NCBI GenBank assembly: GCA_030591445.1
Contig: JAUVBB010000001.1
Location: forward strand, 1 to 59,511
Direction: 5' to 3'
From: Deltaproteobacteria bacterium
Lineage (GTDB): Bacteria > Myxococcota > B64-G9
Length of the DNA stretch: 59,511 bases
The stretch's first letter is position 1. Every line of letters starts with the position of its first letter. This document shows, one piece after another, positions 59,208 through 59,511 of the stretch. The translations under genes and the position numbers were made by a program. The notes beneath the pieces are model-generated. The model was not told the origin of the DNA and ran no database searches. It was given only the letters and a program-made list of their open reading frames with translations.

Positions 59208-59511
59208 TCACTCTGCTTCGATTTGGTCGAATACCTGGTTGATCGCCTGGTCGGCTAGACGGTAACGGTCGTTGAGGAGATGGTTCAGGATTTGCTTTCG
59301 CTCCATCTGGAACCGAGACACCATCCCCTTTTGTCGCAGTGTCCGTTGTAATCGCTCCAGCTTGCGCTTCACCGTTTGGTAACTGATGTCCGCTTCGACC
59401 GGTTCAATGGGTTTGGCAACCGGCACGGGGCTTGGGGCCGTTTTGGCAAGCGCCTTTTTTCTAACCCGACGAGGTCGAATGCGTCGAGAATATTTTGGTT
59501 TTGGTTCTGGC
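59208..59511 (-). CDS. Hypothetical protein, C-terminal ~100 aa only; the 5' end lies beyond the right edge
   Basis: The reading frame of the 72-aa track ORF stays open upstream to position 59511 (...PEPKPKYSRRIRPRRVRKKALAKTAPSPVPVAKPIEP...). It is basic and Pro-rich, then helical. No family was recognised. Confidence 0.5.
   Translation of the reverse strand, partial: PEPKPKYSRRIRPRRVRKKALAKTAPSPVPVAKPIEPVEADISYQTVKRKLERLQRTLRQKGMVSRFQMERKQILNHLLNDRYRLADQAINQVFDQIEAE

Noticed and set aside
1-59511. Search for tRNA, rRNA, tmRNA, SRP RNA, RNase P, transposase or integrase genes, CRISPR arrays, and defence-system hallmarks (reverse transcriptase, restriction enzymes, Cas)
   Set aside because: None was recognised by eye in any intergenic region or ORF translation. 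A covariance-model scan with Infernal or tRNAscan would be needed to exclude small RNAs formally.

Overview
This 59.5-kb window looks like a chromosomal segment of a Gram-negative bacterium of moderate GC content, judged by eye. I support about 40 protein-coding genes. I recognised no rRNA, tRNA, CRISPR array or transposase. All family calls come from motifs read in the translations; no database search was run.

Housekeeping anchors are htpG, lepA-hemW, an rrf2-hcp operon, glgX, an ABC-F ATPase and an acyl-CoA synthetase.

The accessory content includes:
- two eukaryote-like Ser/Thr kinases, one of them fused to a P-loop STAND-type ATPase
- at least eight Cys-rich and/or acidic lipoproteins, some with CGNxxxExGEECD-type repeats
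- a 2047-aa thioester alpha-2-macroglobulin
- a GAF-GAF-PAS class III cyclase
- two PilZ proteins
- an ECF sigma / anti-sigma pair
- two exact sigma54 promoters

This content suggests a Myxococcota/Bradymonadia-like lineage, but that is inference only.

The best candidate for an undescribed system is a tightly coupled minus-strand operon at about 36.4 to 31.4 kb. It has an exact sigma54 -24/-12 element and upstream phased direct repeats. It encodes a signal-peptide START lipid-binding protein, a GT21-like (ceramide-glucosyltransferase/HpnI-like) glycosyltransferase, an Omp85 barrel with essentially no POTRA region, and a secreted protein with a PI3K/PI4K-like kinase-fold signature. A PAP2 lipid phosphatase follows. 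I interpret this as an envelope glycolipid synthesis or trafficking module.

Other notable items:
- 96%-identical 147-bp in-frame tandem repeats, each encoding a canonical EF-hand loop
- an ArsR-DUF2087-GIY-YIG fusion in an AT-richer block
- a perfect 16-bp inverted repeat masking the RBS of a DUF4143 ATPase gene
- a pseudo-receiver-PilZ fusion
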